Below are positions 1-9,484 of a DNA stretch of 64,000 bases, in pieces (position 1 is the stretch's first letter; every line of letters begins with the position of its first letter). Made by a program: the position numbers and the translations under genes. The notes under the pieces are model-generated. The model saw nothing but the letters and a program-made list of their open reading frames with translations. It searched no databases and was not told the DNA's origin. Origin of the DNA: a virus; IMG/VR virus record IMGVR_UViG_3300045988_137032, positions 64,001 to 128,000 of that record; one strand, 5' to 3'.

Positions 1-662
1 CTTCTTCAAATATCTGGAATGGACGGACAGAAGGTTGCCCGTTCACTGCTGGTAAGAACTTCATTTCTGGTGCTACCGATATTTTGGACGAATATTTTAT
101 CGGTAAGGAAAGTCAGATTCATAATATCTACAATGCTATTCGGGAAGGCAATTATTCCAATAACTTGGTTTCTTGCATCGATCTCCCGGTAGTATTTGCA
201 AAGTATATGGAATATTATGCTGGTATGGTAGACTTTGTAAAAGCTGCTATGTCAGTCAATGATGAAGATGACATGAATCTCAGTGTAGCAGAAATGCGTC
301 TTGACAATATCCTCGAAAAGGATAATTCGTTTGTTGATAAACTCTTCTTCTCTGAAGATTCTGGTGAAGAAATGAGTATCAACGATGCAATGAAGAATGT
401 CGAGATGATTAGTGATCTGATTGATTTTGAGGGTAAAGCAAAAACACAGATTGGTGAGCTCATGAGTATTCCTATGTCTAAGGCATATGCCAGTGTGAAT
501 AAATCTGGTATTGGCTTATACATGCAGTCTGTGTGCACATTTGTCATGGACATGGTGATTAAGATCGCTTATACTTATCACTGTATTTGTGTCAGCATGG
601 CAACTGTTGCAAAATCCAACTTTATTCCCAAGAAGGAAACTCCTGAGTATCAGATCTTCTAA
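1..662 (+). CDS. hypothetical protein, 5' end outside the window
   Basis: Frame 3 is open from nt 3 to TAA 660-662, so the TTG at 84 in the ORF track is probably internal. Hydrophobic C-terminal stretch GIGLYMQSVCTFVMDMVIKIAY. Followed by a hairpin terminator. Confidence 0.6.
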   Translation, partial: SSNIWNGRTEGCPFTAGKNFISGATDILDEYFIGKESQIHNIYNAIREGNYSNNLVSCIDLPVVFAKYMEYYAGMVDFVKAAMSVNDEDDMNLSVAEMRLDNILEKDNSFVDKLFFSEDSGEEMSINDAMKNVEMISDLIDFEGKAKTQIGELMSIPMSKAYASVNKSGIGLYMQSVCTFVMDMVIKIAYTYHCICVSMATVAKSNFIPKKETPEYQIF

Positions 663-672
663 CGGATGACAA

Positions 673-714
673 AAGACGATATACGATGAATTTAATTCGT
701 ATATCGTCTTTTTA
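673..714 (+). terminator. intrinsic terminator
   Basis: 14-bp stem AAGACGATATACGA / TCGTATATCGTCTT followed by a T-run. Confidence 0.8.
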
Positions 715-741
715 ATTCCGTTACTACGGATATAGCTTGAA

Positions 742-753
742 AACAATGCTTTA
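742..753 (+). promoter_or_regulatory. candidate class B promoter motif AACA-N6-TA
   Basis: cttgaAAACAatgcttTAaag, about 110 nt upstream of ATG 852; the same extended motif recurs at 8 other intergenic sites. Confidence 0.45.
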
Positions 754-851
754 AAGTTTGAGCTACTATAGTTACTCTTAGCTAATGATTGCTCAAGCTT
801 TCGTTACTAAGATTAGCTATAATTCTAAATAATAAAGGAGGTAATATCCCT

Positions 852-2123
852 ATGACTTATAGCGAATATTCGCGTATCATGGAGATCACAGAAGCAGAGA
901 CTGATAACGCTATGATCGATATCGATTTTATGTGGGAAAGTGCTTGTGCTTCTCATCGTCTTGATGTAGCGGATCTTGAATATCAGTTTGAGTCTGTGGA
1001 TGGATACGATCAGGATACCATGGTGCGGATGTATACTGAAGAAGCCAATGGCTTTATTGCAAAAGTCAAGGCTGCTTGGGATAAGTTCTGTAAGTGGGTA
1101 AAGAGTATCGTTGATAAGATCTTTAAGAAAACTCCTGATGAGAAAGCAGTGAAAGCTGCATCGGATAATAATCCTGAAGGAATCAAGCTTCCTTTTGATG
1201 TTGAAAAGACATCAAATGAGATGGATAAGGTTTCTTCTATGATGAATCCATCGTACATGAAGCGACTGATGAAGGATGTTGATACGCTTTCTCGCAAGGG
1301 TATTAAGGTCAATATCAATGTGAAGACGAAAAATCATAATTATGAGCACACACCCCTGCTGAACCAGTTCATTACAGGTATCGGTAATCTTCTTTCCGCA
1401 GCAGCAGCTCCTGCTGCAGGAGTTGTAAGCGTTGCTCTTCTTATGAAGCACATCAAGAAGACCGTTAACTTCAGTAAAAAGATTGATGAATGCACTAGCG
1501 GTCTGAAAGATTTTGCTAGTGAATCTCTTGGAGTTATTATGGCTCCTATTCGTGAGCTTCTGTCTACCGCACAGGGTCTCATGACTACTCTTACCGCTGC
1601 GATCGCTGGTCATAATAAGCATGAGCATGATCTGACTAAGAAGCCTGAAAAAACTTATGAGGTTAAATCTTCTAAGGATGTAAAGGGTGCTGCTAGTAGA
1701 TTACTGCTTGCTGCGAAAAATCGTGGTAAGGCGACAGAAAAATATGTAATTGATAGAACCAAGCGTCGATACGATGAATGTGTTAGCACATTTGACAGTG
1801 TTATGAAGACTGCTGGTTCCATTGACGGATTCAATGCATCTGAATTTAAATCTCTTTGTAAGGCTATTTCGGAAAAGAAAACGACTGATAATGATCAGGA
1901 TGTTGTAAAAGCACAGCAGATGATTGATAGTCTCAAGGATGATCAGCCTGAAGAGAAAAAGCAAGAATCCGTCATTAACGATGATACTGTATTCTCTTCC
2001 ATTTTTGAGAATACTTTCGCTAATGCTGATGCTTCGAAATTTGCACCCGATACAACAAGTGCTTTCCTTTCTACTCCTGATCAGAACATGAATGAAATCA
2101 TGGCTCTGCTGGATAACTTTTAA
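852..2123 (+). CDS. coiled-coil protein, tandem paralog family member 1 (putative virion-internal or scaffold-like; function unknown)
   Basis: RBS AAAGGAGG precedes ATG 852; the ORF-track start at 789 has no RBS. Shared amphipathic motif IAKVKAAWDKFCKWVKSIVDKIFKK. Gly/Ala-rich hydrophobic helix AAAAPAAGVVSVALLM. Confidence 0.85.
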   Translation: MTYSEYSRIMEITEAETDNAMIDIDFMWESACASHRLDVADLEYQFESVDGYDQDTMVRMYTEEANGFIAKVKAAWDKFCKWVKSIVDKIFKKTPDEKAVKAASDNNPEGIKLPFDVEKTSNEMDKVSSMMNPSYMKRLMKDVDTLSRKGIKVNINVKTKNHNYEHTPLLNQFITGIGNLLSAAAAPAAGVVSVALLMKHIKKTVNFSKKIDECTSGLKDFASESLGVIMAPIRELLSTAQGLMTTLTAAIAGHNKHEHDLTKKPEKTYEVKSSKDVKGAASRLLLAAKNRGKATEKYVIDRTKRRYDECVSTFDSVMKTAGSIDGFNASEFKSLCKAISEKKTTDNDQDVVKAQQMIDSLKDDQPEEKKQESVINDDTVFSSIFENTFANADASKFAPDTTSAFLSTPDQNMNEIMALLDNF

Positions 2124-2140
2124 GGAAGGAGGGAAATACA

Positions 2141-3139
2141 ATGTTTGATAAAGAAATTCTCGAATATGAAAATCAACTTCTGCATGATGAAGTTGATTTT
2201 GAACAGGCTTGCTATGAGCAGACTTTGAATCTTCGTAGAATCAAGAATAAGCTTGTTTTTGAAGATGCTATCATGGAGTCTGCTGATGTGGAAGAACTCT
2301 ATCTTGCTGAAGCGAAGGAAACGAAGAATAAGAAACAGGGAATCATTTCCCGTCTTATTGACACCATTAAGAATTTTATTAAGAAGATTATTAATAAGAT
2401 CACTGGTGGTAAGTTTGAAGCGAAAGCAGATAAGAAGGTTCCTGGTAATCCTCAGGAGCTCATCAAGTATGGCCGTCAGCTTATGCTGAAGGCAAAGACT
2501 GCATTGACTTCTCCTACTGCTGCAAAGATCGGTAAGGCTGCCGGCATTACCGCTGGTGCTGCGGCTGCTACTGGTGGTACTCTTTTTGTTATTTCTAAGG
2601 CAAAACAGGGTCCTACTCTGAAAGAAATCAAAGAATTCATGAACGATTCAACCAGACAACTTAATGCTTGTCAGGAGATCGTAAATGGTAACTATGTCGG
2701 CAATGTTGATAATGCACAGGCATACATCAATGAATTTGGTACTATCACAAGTCGCCTTAGTAAGATTATGAATGCCATCATGAGTGGTGGAGAACTTGAT
2801 ACACGCTCCAAAGACGATATCCGTCTTGCTGAAGATGGAAAGTCTCGTCTGAATGGTATGACGACTGAAGAGCTCAAGAAGAAGTACAATCAGATCAGTG
2901 AAGAGATTGATATTATCACAAAGCGTAGTAAATCTCTTAGCGTCAAGTATAAGCAGATGAAGAGTGCTCATGCTGATAAGAGTGGATATACGGGAACATA
3001 TATTGGCACTCGTAGAGATGCTGATGCAGAGCGTCTGGCAAAACTTCAGAATCAGCTTACTCAGGTAAAGAGTCTGCTTGCAGCATCTGCAACACGTGAT
3101 GCTAGACGTGATGACGTGGACCTTAATAAAAAGGGATAA
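2141..3139 (+). CDS. coiled-coil protein, paralog family member 2
   Basis: RBS GGAAGGAGGG; motif GIISRLIDTIKNFIKKIINKITG; hydrophobic GKAAGITAGAAAATGGTLFVI. Confidence 0.85.
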   Translation: MFDKEILEYENQLLHDEVDFEQACYEQTLNLRRIKNKLVFEDAIMESADVEELYLAEAKETKNKKQGIISRLIDTIKNFIKKIINKITGGKFEAKADKKVPGNPQELIKYGRQLMLKAKTALTSPTAAKIGKAAGITAGAAAATGGTLFVISKAKQGPTLKEIKEFMNDSTRQLNACQEIVNGNYVGNVDNAQAYINEFGTITSRLSKIMNAIMSGGELDTRSKDDIRLAEDGKSRLNGMTTEELKKKYNQISEEIDIITKRSKSLSVKYKQMKSAHADKSGYTGTYIGTRRDADAERLAKLQNQLTQVKSLLAASATRDARRDDVDLNKKG

Positions 3140-3165
3140 TTCCGCTAATGGAAATAACCCTTAAA

Positions 3166-3177
3166 AACAATAAGCTA
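3166..3177 (+). promoter_or_regulatory. candidate class B promoter motif AACA-N6-TA
   Basis: cttaaAAACAataagcTAag, 61 nt upstream of ATG 3227; an 18-mer TAAAAACAATAAGCTAAG is repeated on the minus strand at about 20958. Confidence 0.45.
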
Positions 3178-3226
3178 AGTTTCTAGGCTATTTTTCTCAA
3201 TTCTAAGATAAAGGAGTTGTAATAAA

Positions 3227-4423
3227 ATGAACGAAATTTTACGTGAGATCAACAGCGCTTATGATATCAATACGATGCGCATCAACGCTGTTGTTGAAGC
3301 TGCTAACCGTCAGCGTGAAATCAACTTCCATGAAGCTGAGCTGAAGGTTATGCAGGAATCTGGTACTGATGACGAACTGGCCATGCTGATCGAGGCTGCT
3401 GAGTCCGACTTCGTTGAGAATATTCAGAAGGCTCTGGATGCACTGCGTCAGGCTGTCATTAAGTTCTTCTCTGAGTGCCGTCAGAAGCTGGTTGATCTGA
3501 TGAGTAAGCGTGATGACGCTAACAAGCTGGATCAGCTGGAGAAGCGTATGAAGCTGATTCCTCTGATCGGCAAGAAGAAGGTCATGATCGAGGATTACGA
3601 TGCTGAGGTTGCTCTGGCAAAGAAGCATCTGAAGGATCTGGCTGGTCTGACTGCTAAGCTGCGCGGTAAGCAGGAAGTTGACGCTTCTGCTGTCGCTGCT
3701 GTGAAGAAGTCTTATGACGATGAGCATGGTGATCTGATCGGTGCTTCTAATGCTAAGACTGTCTCTATCAATGATGCAGTTAAGATGGCTAAGAAGATGA
3801 TTGCTTCTGGTAACGCTGAGCTGAAGGAGCGTGAGGAAACCGCTCTGAAGGCATGTGACGATGCTAAGAAGGACGCTGAGAAGGCTAATGCAAATGTGGC
3901 TAACCAGATTGCTAATGTGATCTGCCATATTTGCAAGACCGCTCAGAACGACTATCATCGTTGTGTGAACGGTATCATGGCTTCTATCAAGAAGGCCATT
4001 GGTGGCTATAAGGCTGAGCAGAAGACCGCTGAGAAGCCCGGTGTTAAGAATGAGTCTACTGACGACAGCGATGCAGAGATGGAGAAGCTTGCTAAGCAGC
4101 AGGCAGATACCAACTCTAAGGATTCTGTCGATGAGGATGCTGACGATGACGATATCGACATTGGCTTCGATATCGCAGGTGATGACGCTCTGACTGATGG
4201 TTTCGGAATTGATGATGTTGATTCCGATGACGACACTCTGGATGATCTTTCCATCGATGTTGACGATGACGACGACGATGAAGATGATGACGAGGATGAG
4301 TCCTGCTGCCGTGAGTCTGCTGATGATGCTTATCTGGCATCTCTGGCAGGCGTTGCTCTGGAGTCTACTCATGAGCATGAGGCTGGTTACAGCTCCCTGC
4401 TCGATGACATCATGAGCCTGTAA
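3227..4423 (+). CDS. coiled-coil protein, paralog family member 3, with poly-acidic C-terminal tail
   Basis: RBS AAAGGAG; motif NIQKALDALRQAVIKFFSECRQKLVDLM; Asp/Glu tract at about nt 4121-4300; strongly GC3-biased codons (a full-length mirror ORF lies on the other strand). Confidence 0.85.
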   Translation: MNEILREINSAYDINTMRINAVVEAANRQREINFHEAELKVMQESGTDDELAMLIEAAESDFVENIQKALDALRQAVIKFFSECRQKLVDLMSKRDDANKLDQLEKRMKLIPLIGKKKVMIEDYDAEVALAKKHLKDLAGLTAKLRGKQEVDASAVAAVKKSYDDEHGDLIGASNAKTVSINDAVKMAKKMIASGNAELKEREETALKACDDAKKDAEKANANVANQIANVICHICKTAQNDYHRCVNGIMASIKKAIGGYKAEQKTAEKPGVKNESTDDSDAEMEKLAKQQADTNSKDSVDEDADDDDIDIGFDIAGDDALTDGFGIDDVDSDDDTLDDLSIDVDDDDDDEDDDEDESCCRESADDAYLASLAGVALESTHEHEAGYSSLLDDIMSL

Positions 4424-4430
4424 TACTCTT

Positions 4431-4475
4431 AACGTGAGTGAGTGACAAAACAAATCACTCACTCACGTTTTTATT
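4431..4475 (+). terminator. intrinsic terminator
   Basis: 15-bp stem AACGTGAGTGAGTGA / TCACTCACTCACGTT plus T-run. Confidence 0.8.
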
Positions 4476-4499
4476 TTATAAAGAAAGGATGAAAATCAT

Positions 4500-5495
4500 A
4501 TGGATGAATCCTTAGATTTCCTTTGTGAAGCAGCCGATTATTTGGATAAATTCATTCCGATCTCCGATACGGATGTTATCCTTGAAGCTACTCCATTTGC
4601 AAAGAAAGCAAATGCGAATAATCAGCAGATGGGTTCTGGTGCAATGGCTTCTATTAAGAAAGCGATCAATGCAATTATGCTTGTCGTTAAGAAAGCAATT
4701 GCAGCTGTTACGAATTTCTTACAGGAAGCTTTCATGAGTAAGGAAGATCGTACGAAGTTTGCATATTTCAAGAAGCTTGCGTCTCAGGATAAAGCATTCG
4801 CAAATAAGCCGATTCGTGTATCCGATTACCGTGCCTATGAGAAAACATATGATGGCGCTTTGAATGAATTGGATCGTCTCTATAAGAGCGGTGCAAGTAC
4901 AGATCAGGTTAGCCCTCTTATGTATAAGCTGAATAAAACTCTTGGTGATATCAAGAATCGTACTGGAAAAGCCGGTGCTGCTGCGATTGCTACTATCGGT
5001 ATGGGTGCTGCTGTAAAACTTGCAAATGATAATGTCATCTGTGCACAGGGTGTGAAAGCAGCTCTTAATGCTGAGAATGGTGCTCTTCAGGATCTTCTTG
5101 CTAAGGCCGCTGGAGATGATCAGGCTGCTAAGTTCAAGGGTAAGGTTGATAGCTATTCCCGTAATGCTTTCTTCCACCGTTGTAAGGTTAATCTTCTGAA
5201 TCGTAAGCAGAATGATATTGCTGCTTGTGGTAAAAGCCTTATGTCTCGTTTGGCTTCTTTTGTCAAGCAGGATGATAACGGTGGATTCCGTATTACTAAG
5301 GGATCTGTTGCAAAGGGTCTTATCCGAAATGCTGATGCTATTGGCGCTGCTGCTCGTGGTGCAACCGGTAATGTTAATAACTCTACCGGTAAGGGCATTA
5401 AGAATGCCGTTAAGGGTGCAGCTAGAACAGCAGATGCTGTAGGCCAAGCAAAGTCTTATGGTAAGGCTGCTAAACGAATCTTTGGAAAAGGCTAA
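4500..5495 (+). CDS. coiled-coil protein, paralog family member 4
   Basis: RBS AAAGGA; motif ASIKKAINAIMLVVKKAIAAVTNFLQEAF; hydrophobic GKAGAAAIATIGMGAAVKLA. Confidence 0.85.
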   Translation: MDESLDFLCEAADYLDKFIPISDTDVILEATPFAKKANANNQQMGSGAMASIKKAINAIMLVVKKAIAAVTNFLQEAFMSKEDRTKFAYFKKLASQDKAFANKPIRVSDYRAYEKTYDGALNELDRLYKSGASTDQVSPLMYKLNKTLGDIKNRTGKAGAAAIATIGMGAAVKLANDNVICAQGVKAALNAENGALQDLLAKAAGDDQAAKFKGKVDSYSRNAFFHRCKVNLLNRKQNDIAACGKSLMSRLASFVKQDDNGGFRITKGSVAKGLIRNADAIGAAARGATGNVNNSTGKGIKNAVKGAARTADAVGQAKSYGKAAKRIFGKG

Positions 5496-5506
5496 TTAAA
5501 CTACTT

Positions 5507-5558
5507 AATACATGAAGCACATTCGTATAAGCCGAATAGTGCTTCATGTATTATTCTT
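5507..5558 (+). terminator. intrinsic terminator
   Basis: 14-bp stem AATACATGAAGCAC / GTGCTTCATGTATT, T-rich tail. Confidence 0.7.
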
Positions 5559-5604
5559 TCGACACAAGAAACATTTGGAGACGGATAAGGAGTGAATTGT
5601 GTTT

Positions 5605-5787
5605 ATGAGGCAATGTCCGAATTGTGGATCTACTAAAGTTTATAAATGCAGTAAATTAAATAAGACCACGGGATATATTGATATCTGGTATGGGTGTATG
5701 CATTGCTCTTATACCAGTGATGCATATCCAAGTGACACTGATAAAGGGATTGAGCTTATGTCTGATTGGAACGATCTAGCATCATAA
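5605..5787 (+). CDS. small zinc-ribbon protein
   Basis: RBS AAGGAG upstream of ATG 5605; CPNC...CMHC cysteine pairs. Confidence 0.6.
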   Translation: MRQCPNCGSTKVYKCSKLNKTTGYIDIWYGCMHCSYTSDAYPSDTDKGIELMSDWNDLAS

Positions 5788-5802
5788 GCAAAATGACTTG
5801 AA

Positions 5803-5814
5803 AACACATCTTTA
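5803..5814 (+). promoter_or_regulatory. candidate class B promoter motif AACA-N6-TA
   Basis: cttgaAAACAcatcttTAat, 56 nt upstream of ATG 5859. Confidence 0.45.
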
Positions 5815-5858
5815 ATACTCCGAATTAAAATTCACTATAATAAAGGAAGGTGTTAGTA

Positions 5859-6671
5859 ATGGTAAGAACTGATCAAGCTTATATCAATCAGTACCTCGTC
5901 TATGACGAGGTGTTTGAAGCTTGTGAAGCATGTGAAAAAGCATGTGTAGAAGCTGATTATTTCCTGCGTAAAGAAGCTCGTAAGAGTTATCTTGATACTT
6001 ACTTTTCTGAAGCACTAAACGTCGGTGCTAAGAAGAATGATAAGACGGAAGATAACATCTTTGCTAAGATCGGTAAGGCTATCGTTGCTCTTATTGAGAA
6101 GATTAAGAAGGGTATCAAGCATATTACCGATGCTATTCTTGGTAGTGAGCGTCGCAATGCAAAAACAAATTCTGCCGTCCAGAAGATCATTGCTGAGAAT
6201 CCTGAACTGAAGAAGGATATCATCAAGGGTGTTCGTAATGAATGGTTCACATCATATGATGTTGCTGGCTATAAGAATGATATCATCGGTCTGATTAATA
6301 TGATTGATCAGGCTAAGATCGATAATGCTACAGCAATGGATAAGTTTAAGATGTCAACCGAGAAGTTCCGTAAAGGCACTGTTAAGGTTATTGCAGGTGC
6401 TGGTGCAGCAACTGCTCTCTTTAAATTCGTTACCGAATTGAATAATCAGCGTAAAGCTCTTCGTGATATGGCTACCGACGTCCAGAAGCTTTGTGAAAAG
6501 AAGAAGGAAGAAGCCGAGAAGAAGGGTAAGGATGCTGGTGTAATTAGCAACGTACTTCGTATTATCACCAGCACTATCCAGGTTCTTTTTGGTATTGATA
6601 AACAGCTTGAAGACAATACTAAGAATATCGAAAACCATGTCGAAAGTGCAACTGGTGTAAATAAATCTTAA
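5859..6671 (+). CDS. coiled-coil protein, paralog family member 5
   Basis: RBS AAAGGAAGGTG before ATG 5859; motif IFAKIGKAIVALIEKIKKGIKHITDAILG; hydrophobic VIAGAGAATALFKFV. Confidence 0.85.
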   Translation: MVRTDQAYINQYLVYDEVFEACEACEKACVEADYFLRKEARKSYLDTYFSEALNVGAKKNDKTEDNIFAKIGKAIVALIEKIKKGIKHITDAILGSERRNAKTNSAVQKIIAENPELKKDIIKGVRNEWFTSYDVAGYKNDIIGLINMIDQAKIDNATAMDKFKMSTEKFRKGTVKVIAGAGAATALFKFVTELNNQRKALRDMATDVQKLCEKKKEEAEKKGKDAGVISNVLRIITSTIQVLFGIDKQLEDNTKNIENHVESATGVNKS

Positions 6672-6693
6672 TCCGGAAAGGAGGTAATATCCA

Positions 6694-9438
6694 ATGGATA
6701 ATGGTCTCCGTATTTTGAACTCGTTTGTGGTTGATCATAAGCGAGCAGAGACTGGCTTCTCTCAGCAGAATTTCATTTCCAATATGAAGTTCTTCTCGGA
6801 AGCATATACTATTGATTCTAAGATCATCAATCAGCTTTACGATTCTACGATCTATGGTCGCTACATTGCTATGGCTGTTGATAATCTCAATGCAATGAAG
6901 TGCGTTGATTACGCATATCTGGATAAGTTCTTCTCTGATGTATATACATCTGCTCCTCTTGAAGGTAAAGGTATTACCATTGGCCTTCAGGATGTTAGTG
7001 AGATTGAGAAGATTCGTCCTGAATATCTTTCCTCTATTCCTGTCTTCTTTGATAATTACCTGAAGGCTATTCTGGCTGGTAATAAGAAAAAGAGCGACAT
7101 TGATAGAGAAGTTCTCAATGGCGCATTTAAGGATCGACTGAAGCGTCAGCTTGTCAAAACAACTCTTACTGTGAATGATACTCGTGATCTTATGAAGCTT
7201 GATTCTCCGAATCTGGTTAAGGTTGATGAGACATTCATTGCAAATAATATCATTCCCTTTATCCGTGCATATGCTCAGGAGGTTGATCTCCTTACTCGTA
7301 TTGCGGAACAGACGATTGCTCGTATTGGCGGTGCCAATGATGACATTAAGTCTTCCATTGAAGCGCTGAATGAGATGATTTCTTCCAATAAGCTGGATAA
7401 TGGTACCATTTATAATACGAAGTATTTTGCATTCAATATGCAGAGTCAGTATATGAGCATTTGTGCTTATATTTCTGCTATGCTGATTCGTAAGATTGCA
7501 TATTATACTTATAATATGCGTGCTATTCAGCATCTGTATAATGTCATCATTGCTTACTTCCCGGAAGCAGAATCTATTCTTCATGAGTCTGTGCTGGATG
7601 GCCGTCTTGATGATATTGATTCTACTGAACTTCTTGATTCTATGATTGGTGATGATCTTAGTATCATCATCCCTAAAATTCGGGATACAGTAAATCGCAA
7701 GAAGATTGAGATTGCCAATCTTGCAGCAAAGCACATGAATATGAAGCTTTCTGCTATGGATGACATCAATCACCATGAAGGTGATTATGACGATACTCCG
7801 TATCTGGAACTGAGTAATACTTTCAATCAGATTGCAAAAACTCTTCATGAGTTTGAGCTGGCTATCAAGAATCCGGAAGCCGTGATGGATGATGTAATCA
7901 CGAATCTCGGTCTTGATGAAAGCTTTGTCACAAAGTACATGGATGTTGTAAATAAGGCTCGTGATACTTCTGCATATGATTCTATGATTAGCAATCATAT
8001 GACGGATGCTGCTGCGAAATCTCTTTACAATGAGATTTCTGATTTTGAGAAGAATACTTCATCCATCTCTTCTACAGCAACCAAGGTGTATCTGTATATC
8101 CAGGCTCTTGAGAAAGCTTATGATGTAAACAATGGTCATCTTGATAATCCGACTTATATCGAGGCTAAGGAAGTCATCGATAACATCATGTCGGATTATA
8201 AGGAGTATTGCCTGTCGGTTGCACGTTGTATTGTGAATCGTCTGGATAACCTGTCTCATATTCTCATTGAGAACTTCGATGACGAGCGTCAGATGATTGA
8301 AGCAACTGTGTATCCTTCTGAGAACGTAGACTTCTATGAAGCAACCAATTTCGTTGCTGAGTATGATTATGTCTTGAAGGAATCTGCTGATCTGTTCACT
8401 GACCTCATGAAGGACTATAAGGCTATGAAAGCACAGCGTGACCGTGGTGTTAAGCTTGTCTATGAAGCTGAAGGTGATCAGAACGGCCAGCAGAATGGTC
8501 AGACAAATGGTCAGCAGAACGGCGATCAGAAGGCTGACGCTGCATCTGCTAAGACTGCTGAGGTTAAGGTTGATGGAACGTCAACTACTAAGGCAGAAAC
8601 TAATGCAAACTCCAATAATGGTAAGTCTGATGCTAATACCAAGGGTATCATTCAGGCATTCATTGACGCTATTAAGAAGATCAAGAATAAGTGGTTTGAT
8701 AAGGTGAAGATGCTTATTGCTAAGCATAGTAACTGGCTGAATAAGGTTAAGTACAAACTTCAAAACGTCGATGCCAATAAGATCACTATGAATCTTGCTG
8801 ATTATAGCGAAGTGAGCGAAAATATTATTACTGGTCATATCAATACTGCCGTTACGAAGATTAATAGTATCAATGCTGATAACCTTCCGAACGAGATTAA
8901 GAATGGTAGTAATAATGCTCAGAAGTTCTTGTTCCCGAATGTGCCGCAGATCAATGGTGCAGAGAATTTCAAGGAAAATCTTTCTCTGTATTATATCTGG
9001 GGTAAGAATGCAAAGTCTGATCCTAAGCAGAATAAGCTTACTACTTATACAGGCGATAGTGCAACTGAAAAGATCAATGGCATGATTGAATACTGTGATA
9101 AGTATTTCACCATGTGTGATAATCTGAATAAGCTGATGGATAATCTGATTAAGGCCGCTGGTGATAAGCAGAAGGCTGCTAATGATAGCAAGAAGGAAGG
9201 AAATACTGACCAGAATCAGGCTCAGCAGAATAACGATAAGACAAATCTGAATCGTGTTCTCACTGATACTTGCAGAGATTTCATGACTTCTACTATGACT
9301 GCTTGTGAGAAGAAGTACATGGACTACATGACAGTTCTTCGCAAGATTTCTCCTGAGAGTGCAGAAACACCTCCTGAGAATAAGGAAGAGAAGCCTGCTG
9401 AAGGTGAACAACCGAAGCAAGAAGAGTCTAAGGGCTAA
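6694..9438 (+). CDS. large (914 aa) protein carrying the family motif in its C-terminal third
   Basis: RBS GGAAAGGAGG; motif GIIQAFIDAIKKIKNKWFDKVKMLIAKH; NGQ-rich low-complexity linker; Lys/Glu/Pro-rich C-terminus. Confidence 0.85.
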   Translation: MDNGLRILNSFVVDHKRAETGFSQQNFISNMKFFSEAYTIDSKIINQLYDSTIYGRYIAMAVDNLNAMKCVDYAYLDKFFSDVYTSAPLEGKGITIGLQDVSEIEKIRPEYLSSIPVFFDNYLKAILAGNKKKSDIDREVLNGAFKDRLKRQLVKTTLTVNDTRDLMKLDSPNLVKVDETFIANNIIPFIRAYAQEVDLLTRIAEQTIARIGGANDDIKSSIEALNEMISSNKLDNGTIYNTKYFAFNMQSQYMSICAYISAMLIRKIAYYTYNMRAIQHLYNVIIAYFPEAESILHESVLDGRLDDIDSTELLDSMIGDDLSIIIPKIRDTVNRKKIEIANLAAKHMNMKLSAMDDINHHEGDYDDTPYLELSNTFNQIAKTLHEFELAIKNPEAVMDDVITNLGLDESFVTKYMDVVNKARDTSAYDSMISNHMTDAAAKSLYNEISDFEKNTSSISSTATKVYLYIQALEKAYDVNNGHLDNPTYIEAKEVIDNIMSDYKEYCLSVARCIVNRLDNLSHILIENFDDERQMIEATVYPSENVDFYEATNFVAEYDYVLKESADLFTDLMKDYKAMKAQRDRGVKLVYEAEGDQNGQQNGQTNGQQNGDQKADAASAKTAEVKVDGTSTTKAETNANSNNGKSDANTKGIIQAFIDAIKKIKNKWFDKVKMLIAKHSNWLNKVKYKLQNVDANKITMNLADYSEVSENIITGHINTAVTKINSINADNLPNEIKNGSNNAQKFLFPNVPQINGAENFKENLSLYYIWGKNAKSDPKQNKLTTYTGDSATEKINGMIEYCDKYFTMCDNLNKLMDNLIKAAGDKQKAANDSKKEGNTDQNQAQQNNDKTNLNRVLTDTCRDFMTSTMTACEKKYMDYMTVLRKISPESAETPPENKEEKPAEGEQPKQEESKG

Positions 9439-9440
9439 TA

Positions 9441-9484
9441 AATACAGGTAAGAATCTTATATTTAGATTCTTACCTGTATTTTT
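9441..9484. terminator. bidirectional hairpin terminator between convergent genes
   Basis: 17-bp stem AATACAGGTAAGAATCT / AGATTCTTACCTGTATT plus T-run. Confidence 0.8.

Noticed and set aside
3239-4462. A 407-aa minus-strand ORF mirroring the 3227-4423 gene. Similar long antisense ORFs occur at 6619-7998, 11982-12863, 16330-17241, 29867-30901, 34733-35383, 36630-37331, 38156-38863, 44860-46200 and 47207-47839.
   Set aside because: They have no RBS and low-complexity or Ile/Leu/Ser-rich translations. They exactly shadow well-supported genes with recognisable motifs or strong RBSs. They are the expected artefact of codon-biased or AT-rich sense frames.
8473-8530. The GDQNGQQNGQTNGQQNGDQ stretch read as a meaningful tandem DNA repeat.
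   Set aside because: It is a short, imperfect, in-frame low-complexity linker within a long ORF, with no repeat structure beyond codon-level similarity.
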